A DNA stretch of 64,000 nucleotides from Candidatus Methanomethylophilaceae archaeon (GTDB lineage Archaea; Thermoplasmatota; Thermoplasmata; Methanomassiliicoccales; Methanomethylophilaceae): NCBI GenBank assembly GCA_050950505.1, contig JBMNHS010000001.1, positions 704,001 through 768,000 on the forward strand. Direction: 5' to 3'. The number at the start of each line of letters is the position of its first letter. The first letter of the stretch is position 1. The notes below the pieces were generated by a model. The model ran no database searches. It saw nothing but the letters and a program-made list of their open reading frames with translations, and had not been told where the DNA came from. Shown piece by piece: positions 52,828-62,630 of the stretch. The position numbers were made by a program, and so were the translations under genes.

Positions 52828-53574
52828 ATGGTAACGTCGGAAGAGTTCCTGAAAGGCCCGTACTCCGATGCCCGGATAGGTATAGGGCGGGGTTCCGATT
52901 CAGGCAATGTCGAGAAAAGCGTTGAAGCGTTCAAAGATCTCGAAATTGTGATTTATGACGACCCATTGCCTTTGGCCAACGATTTGGCGACCGGGGAAAT
53001 CGATGCCGCAATCCGCGGAGACATGTCTTCATCCATTCTGCTTCCGGCAATCAAAGACGCCCTTTGTCTGAACACTTTGGAAAGAGTCGTTCTCATGGAG
53101 CCTGTGGGCGGAGAACTGTTCCTGCTGTCGCCTGTGGGCATAGACGAAGGATGGACGGTCCAACAGAGATTCGTTCTTGCCGTCAATTCCGTGGGATTGG
53201 CCAAAAGAATAGGGCTGGGGACCAAAATCGCGGTAATGTCCGGCGGAAGGTGCGAGGATTACGGCAGATGCAGAGCCGTCAACGACAGCATAGACGATGC
53301 CCTGATATTGGCAAAAATGCTGACCAACGAAGGCTATGACGCATATCACTCCCAGATACTGATAGAAGAAGCCGTCAAGAAAGCGGACATCGTGATAGCC
53401 CCCGAAGGGATATCCGGAAATCTTCTGTTCAGATCTATGCATCTGGTGGGAAACGCAAAAGCGTTGGGTGCCCCGATAGTAAATTCGGAAAAGGTGTTCA
53501 TAGACACGTCCAGAGCAAAAACGGACTATCGGGATTCAATAGCGCTGGCACTAAAACTTGTGGAGAATAAATAA
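52828..53574 (+). CDS. mtxX: Methanogenesis marker protein 4 (MtxX)
   Basis: IDAAIRG, LLSPVGIDEG, AVMSGGR.ED.GR, ILIEEA, IAPEGISGNL.FR, FIDTSRA. Confidence 0.88.
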   Translation: MVTSEEFLKGPYSDARIGIGRGSDSGNVEKSVEAFKDLEIVIYDDPLPLANDLATGEIDAAIRGDMSSSILLPAIKDALCLNTLERVVLMEPVGGELFLLSPVGIDEGWTVQQRFVLAVNSVGLAKRIGLGTKIAVMSGGRCEDYGRCRAVNDSIDDALILAKMLTNEGYDAYHSQILIEEAVKKADIVIAPEGISGNLLFRSMHLVGNAKALGAPIVNSEKVFIDTSRAKTDYRDSIALALKLVENK

Positions 53575-54047
53575 TGCAATTGGAAATAGACGGAGAATAC
53601 TCCGGAATCAGGTTTTCGGCATGTCACTTCATCCCCATGCACGACAAATGTTCCCGTCTTCACGGACACTCTTATGTCGTCCGTTTGAGGCTGGACGGAG
53701 AAATAGGGGATAACGGGATGCTTATGGATTTCGTCGTTCTTAAGAAAGAACTGAGGTCCATGATGTCTTCGATGGATCACAGAACCCTGTTGCCCGGGAA
53801 ATCAAAAGAAGTTAAAATCGCGGAAAAAGACGGATCCGTTGAAGTCATCACCTGCGGAAAACGTTATGTTTTTCCCTCGGAAGACGTCGTCATATTGGAC
53901 ATACCGCATACGACGGCTGAAGAAATGGCCAAGATGATGGTCGGACAGATGATTGAAAACGTGGATTTCCCCGACAACGTCAAAGCGGTTTCCATAGGTC
54001 TTGACGAAGAAAGAGGCCAGACCGCGTGGTATACGGAGGAACTCTGA
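53574..54047 (+). CDS. queD: 6-carboxytetrahydropterin synthase
   Basis: FSACHF, CSRLHGHSY, MDF, DHR.L, TTAEE. Confidence 0.9.
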   Translation: MQLEIDGEYSGIRFSACHFIPMHDKCSRLHGHSYVVRLRLDGEIGDNGMLMDFVVLKKELRSMMSSMDHRTLLPGKSKEVKIAEKDGSVEVITCGKRYVFPSEDVVILDIPHTTAEEMAKMMVGQMIENVDFPDNVKAVSIGLDEERGQTAWYTEEL

Positions 54048-54715
54048 TGCCGAAAGCCGTGGTTCTTCTGTCGGGAGGATTGGATTCGACCACCACTTTG
54101 GCCATGGCCCTGAATGACGGATCGGAAGTGTTTCCGATAAGTTTCAGATACGGGCAAAGACACGACAAAGAATTGCGGTCCGCATCGGAGATATGCGAAC
54201 ATTACGGCGTAAAACACACAATCATAGACATCGATTTATCCTCCTTTCAATCGGCATTGACCAATCCGGACATAGATGTGCCCCATGACAGGAAAGGGGC
54301 GTTGGACGCGGAAATCCCCGTGACGTACGTCCCGGCCAGAAACATAGTGTTTCTGAGCATCGCGGCGGGACTCTGCGAATCTGTGGGGGCGGACAGGATA
54401 TACATCGGAGCGAACGTTGTGGATTATTCCGGTTATCCGGATTGCCGGCCCGAGTTTTTCGATTCTTTCGAGAACATGCTTACGAAAGGAACCAAGGCCG
54501 GAGTGGAAGGAAACCCGATAAAAATCATGACTCCTATTTTGAACATGTCCAAAGCGGACATAGTCAGAACGGCCAAAAAACTGAACGTCCCACTTCACCT
54601 GACCTGGTCTTGTTACGAAGGAAACGACAAAGCCTGCGGGAAGTGCGATTCCTGCATACTCAGGCTGAAAGGATTCAAAGAGGCGGGATACGAAGACGAC
54701 ATCGAATACGGGTGA
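54047..54715 (+). CDS. queC: 7-cyano-7-deazaguanine synthase
   Basis: SGGLDS, YGQRH, TYVPARN, GYPDCRP, TWSCY..CGKCDSC.LR. Confidence 0.96.
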   Translation: MPKAVVLLSGGLDSTTTLAMALNDGSEVFPISFRYGQRHDKELRSASEICEHYGVKHTIIDIDLSSFQSALTNPDIDVPHDRKGALDAEIPVTYVPARNIVFLSIAAGLCESVGADRIYIGANVVDYSGYPDCRPEFFDSFENMLTKGTKAGVEGNPIKIMTPILNMSKADIVRTAKKLNVPLHLTWSCYEGNDKACGKCDSCILRLKGFKEAGYEDDIEYG

Positions 54716-54718
54716 ATC

Positions 54719-55339
54719 ATGAGAATAACCGAAACCTTCACTTCGCTGCAGGGCGAAGGGCTCAAAATGGGCGTTCCGACTTATTTCATAAGAACCGCCG
54801 GTTGCAATCTCGATTGCAGTTGGTGCGATACCAAATACGCCTTCGGAGAAGGGACGGAACGGGATATACGGGATTTGGTCAGGGAATGCAATGTGTCCCA
54901 CGTATGCGTGACCGGAGGGGAACCGATGTTGCAGGATGAACTTCCGGAGCTCATCGGTTTGTTGCTGTCCGAAGGCAAACACATAGTTTTGGAGACCAAC
55001 GGATCTGTGGACATAAGCAATCTTCCGAAGGACGGGAATTTGATGATAAGCATGGATGTCAAGTGTCCTTCGTCGGGGATGTCAGACCGGACGATACTGT
55101 CAAACCTGCGGAATCTTACGATGAAAGACCAACTCAAATTCATCATCGAAGACAACGGGGATTTTGAATACGCCGTGGAAACATTGAAAAAACATTCCCC
55201 GGAAACCAATGTAATCTTTTCACCGGTGGGCGGAATGAATCTGAAACCTCTTGCCGAAGAGGTGCTGTCGAGAGGACTCGACGTAAGGGTGTTGCCGCAG
55301 CTTCACAAAATAATCTGGGGAGACAAACGTTCAGTCTGA
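54719..55339 (+). CDS. queE: 7-carboxy-7-deazaguanine synthase (radical SAM)
   Basis: SLQGEG, GCNLDCSWCDT, TGGEP, LETNG, PQLHK. Confidence 0.94.
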   Translation: MRITETFTSLQGEGLKMGVPTYFIRTAGCNLDCSWCDTKYAFGEGTERDIRDLVRECNVSHVCVTGGEPMLQDELPELIGLLLSEGKHIVLETNGSVDISNLPKDGNLMISMDVKCPSSGMSDRTILSNLRNLTMKDQLKFIIEDNGDFEYAVETLKKHSPETNVIFSPVGGMNLKPLAEEVLSRGLDVRVLPQLHKIIWGDKRSV

Positions 55340-55699
55340 ACCTTCGGAACCCAGGGCTTCGAATTTCTTTCTGCGTTCGTAACGTCTTTTGAAATCGTTG
55401 ACGCTTTCTTCGACGGTCCCTTCTTCGTCTGCGGAAACGGTGATTCCCGCATCCGAGAGTATTTCGTAACCGTGAGGTCCGATCCCTCCGACGATGATCG
55501 CATCGACGCCAAGATCCACGATGGCCTTCGCAACCAGCATTCCCGCCCCCGATACTGAGTCTTTGTGTTCGTTTTCCACAACCACGTAGTCGAGAGTGTC
55601 CATGTCGACAATCAGGAAATAAGGTGCGTGGCCAAAATCATCGGCCACATAAGAGTCCAGCGTATCCCCCTCGGAAATAACGCCTATTTTCATACTCAC
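55331..55699 (-). CDS. NifB/NifX-family Fe-Mo cofactor-binding-like protein
   Basis: MKIGVIS, FGHAPYFLIVD, GAG, GGIGP..Y..L..AGI, GTVEE. Confidence 0.85.
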   Translation of the reverse strand: MSMKIGVISEGDTLDSYVADDFGHAPYFLIVDMDTLDYVVVENEHKDSVSGAGMLVAKAIVDLGVDAIIVGGIGPHGYEILSDAGITVSADEEGTVEESVNDFKRRYERRKKFEALGSEGSD

Positions 55700-56517
55700 T
55701 TCACCGTTTCGACAATCTTGTCTATTATGGATCTGAACGCCTTTCCCGAAGGGGAATCCGGCGCATCCATAACCACAGGTTTTCCCATGTCTCCGGATTT
55801 CACGACGGAGGGCTCCAAAGGAACTTTTCCGAGGAACTGTATCCCGAATTCTTTCGCGACGGCCTCTCCGCCGCCGCTCTTGAAGATATCCGTGATTTCT
55901 CCGCAGTGCGGACAGGCAAACCCGCTCATGTTCTCGATTATTCCGATTATGGGTATCCCGACTTCATTCACGAAGGATATGGACTTGCGGCTGTCTATAA
56001 GGGACATGTCCTGAGGGGTGGTCACTATTACCGCTCCGTCAGCTTTGGGAATCAGCTGAATGATCGACAAAGCTTCGTCCCCGGTTCCCGGAGGCATATC
56101 GACAATCAGAAAATCCAGTTTTCCCCATTGGACGTCTTCTATGAACTGCCGGACCGCCGTCATCTTGACGGGGCCTCTCCACAGAACGGGAGTGTCCTTG
56201 GTCGGCAAAAGGAAAGCCATCGACATTACCTTCAAAGAAGGAGGTATCGGAATGGGAACCAGTTTTTCGTTCTGAACATCAAGTTTTCTGTCTTCTATAC
56301 CGAACATTTTTGGGATACTGGGTCCTGAAATGTCGATATCCATGAGACCGGTCTCATATCCCGCATAAGACAGCGCGCTCGCCAGATTGGAAGATACGGT
56401 GCTCTTTCCAACTCCGCCTTTTCCGCTGAGAACTATAATCACATGTTTGATTTTCGCAAGACTTTCGTTGAGTCTCGTGTCTTCCTCAATTTTATCCGCG
56501 CTGATTACTCCAGCCAT
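55696..56517 (-). CDS. mrp: Mrp/NBP35 Fe-S carrier ATPase
   Basis: SGKGGVGKST, WRGP, DMPPGTGD, TTPQ, ENMS.F.CPHCG. Confidence 0.94.
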   Translation of the reverse strand: MAGVISADKIEEDTRLNESLAKIKHVIIVLSGKGGVGKSTVSSNLASALSYAGYETGLMDIDISGPSIPKMFGIEDRKLDVQNEKLVPIPIPPSLKVMSMAFLLPTKDTPVLWRGPVKMTAVRQFIEDVQWGKLDFLIVDMPPGTGDEALSIIQLIPKADGAVIVTTPQDMSLIDSRKSISFVNEVGIPIIGIIENMSGFACPHCGEITDIFKSGGGEAVAKEFGIQFLGKVPLEPSVVKSGDMGKPVVMDAPDSPSGKAFRSIIDKIVETVK

Positions 56518-56580
56518 ACAAATCGCTCCCGTCAGCACCGTATAATCTTAATAGTCTATCGGTTAAAAACCCTCATCGCA

Positions 56581-57015
56581 ATGAATATAACCCCGGGATT
56601 GCATGAACGACTCATGCCTCTAGGAGATCCGCAAGGCGGAGATTTTGAATATACGGACGAAGGCTTGCCGGAAAACATAACCGCCGTACGCGTCCCCACG
56701 AAGAATCTTTCCGCCGGAATGAAGTTTTATACCGAACTTCTCGGCATGGACGCCGTTGTCAAAAAGGAGAACTACGCGGTGCTTAAGAGGGGTTCTGCGG
56801 TGATACTCATGGAACTTTCGGACAACGTGGGTGTCGATACAGGATTCTATATCGGGGTTGACGACCCTTATGCCCTTCACAGGAGACTGATAGACGAAGG
56901 CGTCATTTTTATGGTCGATCCCGAAGCGAGTCCCGTGGGCGTATACACTTCGTTCAGAGACTATGACGGCAACATCATACGTGCCGTGGACATGCACGCC
57001 GTGGATTTCTTCTGA
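56581..57015 (+). CDS. VOC/glyoxalase-family protein
   Basis: KFYTELLG, FYIGVDD, L..EGV, FRDYDGN. Confidence 0.8.
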   Translation: MNITPGLHERLMPLGDPQGGDFEYTDEGLPENITAVRVPTKNLSAGMKFYTELLGMDAVVKKENYAVLKRGSAVILMELSDNVGVDTGFYIGVDDPYALHRRLIDEGVIFMVDPEASPVGVYTSFRDYDGNIIRAVDMHAVDFF

Positions 57016-57017
57016 AA

Positions 57018-58235
57018 TCAGTTCCCTAAATCGGCAATGCTGATCGCTTCGGCGATTTTGTCCTCAAGTTCTTTTGGAAGACCTTCTATGCCCCCGGAAA
57101 GGAATCCGCTCACAATCATACTGACCGCATCGTCTTCGGAAAGTCCTCTGGACATCAGATACTCGATTTGATCCCGGGCAATTTTTCCCACCGCGGCTTC
57201 GTGCGTCATTTCCAAGTCCGCGACGTTGGCTTCCAGTTCGGGAATGGCAATGGAACTTCCGGTTTCCGACAGTATTATGCTTTTGCACTCGAGATGCGCT
57301 TTGACCCCGGGGCAGTTGCCCACCAACCGTCCCCTTGCAATCATCTTCCCGCCGACGATTATGCTTCTGCTGACAATCTCGGAAGAAGTGTTTTTTGCGT
57401 TCAGGTTCACCACCGAACCGCTGTCTATGTCCGAATCTGTCTGTGCAATGCACATGGAATTGAACTTGACGGAAGAACCTTCTCCGTTAATGTTCGCCAC
57501 CGGATTGGACTGAAGAGTCCCGACATCCTCCAGAATGACGTAGTTGTTCGTATAATTGGAATTGGCCCCGATGTTGATGGCCGTTCTCGGTCTGACGACG
57601 GTTTCCTTTCCCCAGTTGTGTATCATCGAAAAAGTGAGGTCGGAATTGTCTCCGATGAACATCTCGGTGATTCCCACATGCATGGAACCCCCGGCGTGGG
57701 GGCTCGTCGCGCAACCGGTTATAAGACTCGCGGAAGCGCCGTCTTCGACGACTACGATGTTGTGGACGTTCTGAACGGTGTTGGCGGAGTCCACAAGCAT
57801 GCAGGTCTGAATGGGTTCTTCGATGCGGTATCCGGATTTGATTCTTATGAAATAACCGTCGGATTCTTCCAAGTATGCGAGAGCCGTATACTTGTCCCGA
57901 TCCGGTTCCACGGCGCTCCAGGCGTAATCCTTGACCCATTCATATTTTTTGACGGCGTTGGCCGTGGACATTATTTCGACGCCCTCGGGAGTTTTGGAAG
58001 AACAGTGTCCCAGGGAGTTGTCTATGAACATGATTGTGGCGGCACGGGAGTCTTCGTCGGCGGTCACGCCGACGCTTTCCATGGTCTCCTTGAAAACGTT
58101 CCCGGATCCTTTCAAATCGTCGATGACGTCTCTGTCCCGTCGGCCTATTTCGTATTTCGAAAGATCGACATCGTCACCGTATGCCGCTTTCTTTTTCAAA
58201 GCCTCCTTCACTCTGGAATCATTACTTCCTTGCAT
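57018..58235 (-). CDS. sufB: SufB-like Fe-S scaffold (SmsB)
   Basis: GYFIR, QNVHN, ITGC, MIHNW, AHLEC, IPELE, THEAAVGKI..YLMSRGL. Confidence 0.9.
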   Translation of the reverse strand: MQGSNDSRVKEALKKKAAYGDDVDLSKYEIGRRDRDVIDDLKGSGNVFKETMESVGVTADEDSRAATIMFIDNSLGHCSSKTPEGVEIMSTANAVKKYEWVKDYAWSAVEPDRDKYTALAYLEESDGYFIRIKSGYRIEEPIQTCMLVDSANTVQNVHNIVVVEDGASASLITGCATSPHAGGSMHVGITEMFIGDNSDLTFSMIHNWGKETVVRPRTAINIGANSNYTNNYVILEDVGTLQSNPVANINGEGSSVKFNSMCIAQTDSDIDSGSVVNLNAKNTSSEIVSRSIIVGGKMIARGRLVGNCPGVKAHLECKSIILSETGSSIAIPELEANVADLEMTHEAAVGKIARDQIEYLMSRGLSEDDAVSMIVSGFLSGGIEGLPKELEDKIAEAISIADLGN

Positions 58236-58972
58236 ACTCCGCAATCCCCGTATCCTTTGGTTTTTATCTTTTTAAGCAGGTCGGCAGGTCTTCCGGTGCA
58301 GCGGATCCTTCCTTCTCCCATAACATAAGCTTTGTCCGCTCCGATATAGTCCAATATCTGTCCGGTATGCGTGATTACCAAGGCGGACACCCTTTTGGGA
58401 GTGCTCTTTTTGCAGTTCTTTTTTTGATAAAGCAAGTCTCTGACTTTGTTTCCTATGAGATCGATGCTCTGTAAATCCACGCCGGATTCCGGTTCGTCCA
58501 GCAATATCAGTTCGGGACCCTGGGCGGTGAGTTGCAACAATTCGGACCTTTTGATTTCCCCTCCCGAGAATCCCACATTGACGTCTCTGTCCAGAAATCC
58601 GTCCATTCTGAAATCTTCGGCTTTTCCGAGGATTTCCTCCGCACAGTCTTCGCGGGCGGTGGTGGCAATCAGTTTTCCCAATTTCACCCCGGTGACGTTG
58701 GGAGGCCGCTGCATCATCATGCCTATGCCGAGCTCTGCGCGTTCGTTTACCGGAAGATCGGTGATATCAGTGCCCCTGAACAGAATATGGCCTTCGGTAA
58801 TCCTGTTGGTGCTGTAGCCCATGATTGCTGACAACAACGTGGATTTGCCGGAGCCGTTGGGTCCGAAAAGTATGCAGGTTTCGCCCTCTTCGATTACAAG
58901 GTCGACCCCCTTCAGAATCTCTCTTCCGCCGGCTTCGGCATGAAGATTTCTGATTTCGAGCATATTCGCCAT
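58208..58972 (-). CDS. sufC: SufC-like ATPase (SmsC)
   Basis: GPNGSGKST, RDVNVGFSGGE.KR.E, LDEPESGVD, ITHTG; C-terminal CGVC. Confidence 0.9.
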   Translation of the reverse strand: MANMLEIRNLHAEAGGREILKGVDLVIEEGETCILFGPNGSGKSTLLSAIMGYSTNRITEGHILFRGTDITDLPVNERAELGIGMMMQRPPNVTGVKLGKLIATTAREDCAEEILGKAEDFRMDGFLDRDVNVGFSGGEIKRSELLQLTAQGPELILLDEPESGVDLQSIDLIGNKVRDLLYQKKNCKKSTPKRVSALVITHTGQILDYIGADKAYVMGEGRIRCTGRPADLLKKIKTKGYGDCGVCKEVMIPE

Positions 58973-59099
58973 GTTGACGGTTACAGGTAATCATTCGTTT
59001 AAAACTTTGTTTGCGACAAACCCCGTGATAAAACAGGATACGGCGGAGCGACGTCGGAAGCAAACAAAGAATTATACATTGGTCGTATATTTTCGCATC

Positions 59100-59678
59100 A
59101 TGAAGGTCATTGCACTGAACGGCAGTCCCCGTCTGCTGGGAAACACGTCAAACATCGTCATGGACATGCTTGACGGATTCGCCAAAGAAGGCATCGAGAC
59201 GGAACACATCCAACTCTTTTCTTACAATTTCATCGCATGCAACGATTGCAGATCCTGCGAAATGCGCGGAGACGGCAGATGCATTCACGAAGATGACGAA
59301 CTCAATAACATCATGGACAAGATGAGGAAGGCCGATGCAATCCTCTTTGCCAGTCCCGCATATTACGGCACTGTGACGTCGCAGATGAAAGTGTTTTTGG
59401 AGAGGGCCGGACTGTCTTTCGAAACCGGCGACCTGGGTCTCAGACGCAAAGTCGGAGGGGCGGTGGCGGTCGCCGCCCATGACGGCGCGAGCACCGCTTA
59501 TTCCGAGATGGTCAATTTCATGCTGAGAAATCAGATGATTGTCTGCGGTTCCACTCCCCAGACTGTTTTCAGAGCCCTCAATTCCCCTCAGTATCTGGAA
59601 GACAAAGGCGCCGTGAAGGCGATATCCACCCTGGTAAAGGAAATGATTTGGGCCATGGAACAGCTTCAGAAGAAGTAA
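59100..59678 (+). CDS. Iron-sulfur flavoprotein (Isf/WrbA family)
   Basis: NGSPR..GNT, compact CNDCRSC-X7-C motif, SPAYYG, K.FLER. Confidence 0.88.
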   Translation: MKVIALNGSPRLLGNTSNIVMDMLDGFAKEGIETEHIQLFSYNFIACNDCRSCEMRGDGRCIHEDDELNNIMDKMRKADAILFASPAYYGTVTSQMKVFLERAGLSFETGDLGLRRKVGGAVAVAAHDGASTAYSEMVNFMLRNQMIVCGSTPQTVFRALNSPQYLEDKGAVKAISTLVKEMIWAMEQLQKK

Positions 59679-60388
59679 AACCCGCAGCCTTCTTCGACGG
59701 AAATATTGGCCACGGCTTCCATCCTTTCCACGGGACCCGAATACCGTCTGGTCATCATTTTTCCCTCTATAGGGAGGGCCTTTTTCAAAATTTCCAATTC
59801 TTCGAGGAGTTTTTTTCCGTCTTCGGAGGTAAACACTTTGCCTTCGGCGGCGCTTTCAGGAACCGATGCGACGATGGGGCATCCGTGTCTTCCGGCTATT
59901 TCCGGCAGTAAACTGTCATCGGGTCCGAAAGTGCCGATGCATCCTCTTCCTTTGTCCCAGGACACTTTGCAGGCGGCGCAGGTATCTCTCGTTTCGTCGA
60001 AGGAAATCATTTCCCACTCTGTGGTGCGGTTTTCCGGCAAGGAGTCCGCTATGGCTTCTTCCCGGGCGGTTTCGTCAAGTTTGGAAAGATCCACCCATCC
60101 GGAATAGGATTCCTCGGCCAGAGGGCTCAGCAAAGACGCATCATCTTCGTTTTTCAGAAGATCCATGTGCACGTTTTCGGTGTTCTTGTTCAGTTTGTTC
60201 CTTTTGCGGAAAGCCTCCCAATCGCCGACGGCATTTTCCGCCGCCGCTTTCGGCACCACTCGGAGCACCTCCGCCGCATCCCCGAATCTTTCGGGGTTGG
60301 CCGCGAGCACTCTGACCAGTGTGAGTTTTTTGTCTCTGCAAAGAGCGCCGGGGCACTCCAATTCCTTAATCGCTATGTTTATTCCCAT
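59666..60388 (-). CDS. Hypothetical Cys-containing soluble protein
   Basis: 240-aa ORF; CPGALC and CAAC..WDKGRGC.GTFGP motifs; ends GCGFYFF. Confidence 0.75.
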   Translation of the reverse strand: MGINIAIKELECPGALCRDKKLTLVRVLAANPERFGDAAEVLRVVPKAAAENAVGDWEAFRKRNKLNKNTENVHMDLLKNEDDASLLSPLAEESYSGWVDLSKLDETAREEAIADSLPENRTTEWEMISFDETRDTCAACKVSWDKGRGCIGTFGPDDSLLPEIAGRHGCPIVASVPESAAEGKVFTSEDGKKLLEELEILKKALPIEGKMMTRRYSGPVERMEAVANISVEEGCGFYFF

Positions 60389-61469
60389 CTGCCGATTCCT
60401 CCAATTTTCTCAGATAGCCGTTACGCTTGCGTCCGAACGACGCAACCGCGGCCAAGAGCTTGAAGAGGATGTACAACAGTATTATTATGATTACTGACAG
60501 AACAATTTCATAGGAAGTTATCACGTATTCTTCTATTTCGAACAGAATTTCCGATTCGAAGGGGACGACAATATCGCCCATTTCAAAAATCATCAGCACC
60601 CAGACGAACATATATGCAAGACTCATTGTCTTGAAAACGAGCCAGGCTTTGTTGCCCGCGCTGTAGAAATGGGTAAAGAATCCGAGAATCACGACAGGTA
60701 TTCCGTAATACGAGAATCTGTACAGCAATCCCGCAAGGAAATCCACGATTTCGTCGTCTATTTCATAGTCCAGTTTTTCGAGCAGGAGTTCCGAATAATT
60801 TATCAGAACATAGGGAATCAGCACTATCACCAACAATCCCACGACAACGGAAAGCAAACCCTTGCCCAAGGAACCTTTTCCGAGATCCTCTCTGAATGTG
60901 GTGTTTACCGAAGGTTTGAATTCCCGGTCGGCCCTGGCGGTGTTGTATTTTTCCATGTACTTGTCGCGGTTGCTCCCGTACTTCGTGAAGGCTATAACCA
61001 TCTTCAGCAGAATCAGGATATACATGATAATGATGAAGCCCTTAATCGAAAGCAGAAGGTTAATCGCACCAACGGGGAAATCTTCATCCACCATGGAAGA
61101 AAGATCCAGGGAAACGGACATAGTGCCGCCTTCGAATATCAGGTATATCCACATCAGGGAATATCCCAGGGATATCAGTGTGAACAGCAGTTTTGCCTTG
61201 CTTCCCTTGTCATACGCTTTGTTGAAAAACGCCAACGCGACTATGGGCAAACCGTAAATCGCGAATCTGTAAATCATGTCTCCGAAGGATTCAATCAAAC
61301 CCTCAAGTCCTTCGACATCGGAAACTTCCATGAAATACTCCAGGAAGTACAAAACCACAAAGGGCAGGACAACTATCGTAATGAGACTCACAATAGCCGA
61401 AACCGTGCCGCGCCCCCAAGAGCCGAATCTCAAATCTTGTCCCAGGGTGGTGCTTTCCGTGCCGCTCAT
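60366..61469 (-). CDS. Polytopic membrane protein with an internal duplication
   Basis: Two homologous 4-TM halves (DLRFGSWGRG..YRFAIYGLP..IFEGG / DLGKGSLGKG..YRFSYYGIP..IFEMG). Confidence 0.78.
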   Translation of the reverse strand: MSGTESTTLGQDLRFGSWGRGTVSAIVSLITIVVLPFVVLYFLEYFMEVSDVEGLEGLIESFGDMIYRFAIYGLPIVALAFFNKAYDKGSKAKLLFTLISLGYSLMWIYLIFEGGTMSVSLDLSSMVDEDFPVGAINLLLSIKGFIIIMYILILLKMVIAFTKYGSNRDKYMEKYNTARADREFKPSVNTTFREDLGKGSLGKGLLSVVVGLLVIVLIPYVLINYSELLLEKLDYEIDDEIVDFLAGLLYRFSYYGIPVVILGFFTHFYSAGNKAWLVFKTMSLAYMFVWVLMIFEMGDIVVPFESEILFEIEEYVITSYEIVLSVIIIILLYILFKLLAAVASFGRKRNGYLRKLEESADGNKHSD

Positions 61470-62545
61470 GCGAACGCCTCCATGAAAGCTTCCATGATTT
61501 CAATCAACTGGGCGAAACTGTCCTTGTCCAATTCCAAAGTTTCCGTGGTCCCCTCGACTTCGATTTCTATTCCATAATCTCCGCTGTCGTACTTTTCTTT
61601 CAGAGCCTCGACAATGGTCTTCGTTCCGTCGGTTTCCGCGACGAGGGACAGTCCGTCCGTGTCGTCGTTCTTTATCGTTATATCCACGTCGCCCACGGTA
61701 ATGTTAATCTCTTCCGGAAGGTCTATGGGGAAATCATCCAGTTTCTCATCCATTTTTATCTCGATTCTGTTTTCGGTGACGGTTTTCGTCATGCTTATTG
61801 CCGGCATTCCTTCGAAAACATCAATGTTTACTTCGGCATAAACCGAAGCTCCGGCCAACCCGTAGAAATATTTGCCGGAAATTTCAATGCCCAAAATGAG
61901 ATCCAGGGAATCGTCGCTTCCGGACATCACGGTAAGCATGGCATTGAGCATGTTGACTTTGAGGCTGACCGGCAATGCGGCGGATTTTCCGGCCTTGATT
62001 GTAGTGGGTGCCCCCTCGAGAATTTTGTAATCCACGGTGCCTTTGTCATTGAGCAGACTTATTCCGAGGTCTATATCCATCAAATCATACCTGAGTTCGT
62101 TCCGAATCCTGATTTCGGTGAATATGCTGATACTCATTTCGTCGGATTCTTTCATAATCATGGACTGGACGAGGGTTTTGTTGTCCGCCCCTTTCAGAAC
62201 AACGATTGCATCTTCGTCAATCAATGCCAGGTTTTCGATTTCAGTAATGGAATCGTCAATGTCGCCCTCCTGATTGGACGGTGTTATTTCATGAATCAAT
62301 GCAGAATTCGACTTTTGGACGACCTGAACCGTGTAATCTACGTTGTTCTCGTTCAAAGCGCTCCTGATGTTATCTCTGAAAAGATCGGCGGAATCGGTGA
62401 CCGGGTATTCGGAATCGGTTCCGATTTCAAATTCAAGAGGAAATTCGTCCAAATTGTCGGGAACGACCCCTGCGGCAACGAACACAATCACCCCTACCAC
62501 AGCTATGGCATAGACTGCGTGCATTATCGCGTTATAAGTCTTCAT
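61466..62545 (-). CDS. Membrane-anchored acidic extracellular protein
   Basis: N-terminal TM helix; central IRIRNELRYDL.D..TIKAG..LPVSL segment resembling a LEA2/WHy beta-sandwich. Confidence 0.72.
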   Translation of the reverse strand: MKTYNAIMHAVYAIAVVGVIVFVAAGVVPDNLDEFPLEFEIGTDSEYPVTDSADLFRDNIRSALNENNVDYTVQVVQKSNSALIHEITPSNQEGDIDDSITEIENLALIDEDAIVVLKGADNKTLVQSMIMKESDEMSISIFTEIRIRNELRYDLMDIDLGISLLNDKGTVDYKILEGAPTTIKAGKSAALPVSLKVNMLNAMLTVMSGSDDSLDLILGIEISGKYFYGLAGASVYAEVNIDVFEGMPAISMTKTVTENRIEIKMDEKLDDFPIDLPEEINITVGDVDITIKNDDTDGLSLVAETDGTKTIVEALKEKYDSGDYGIEIEVEGTTETLELDKDSFAQLIEIMEAFMEAFA

Positions 62546-62630
62546 GGGGGATAATGACGATGTAAATTTAAATTAACCGTTATTCATATCGGAAAATATG
62601 ATTAAGATGACCGTTGATTAAGGGTTGATT

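Noticed and set aside
53574-55339. queDCE as a dpd DNA-modification defence system
   Set aside because: No dpdA-like transglycosylase or helicases nearby; housekeeping archaeosine synthesis explains it.
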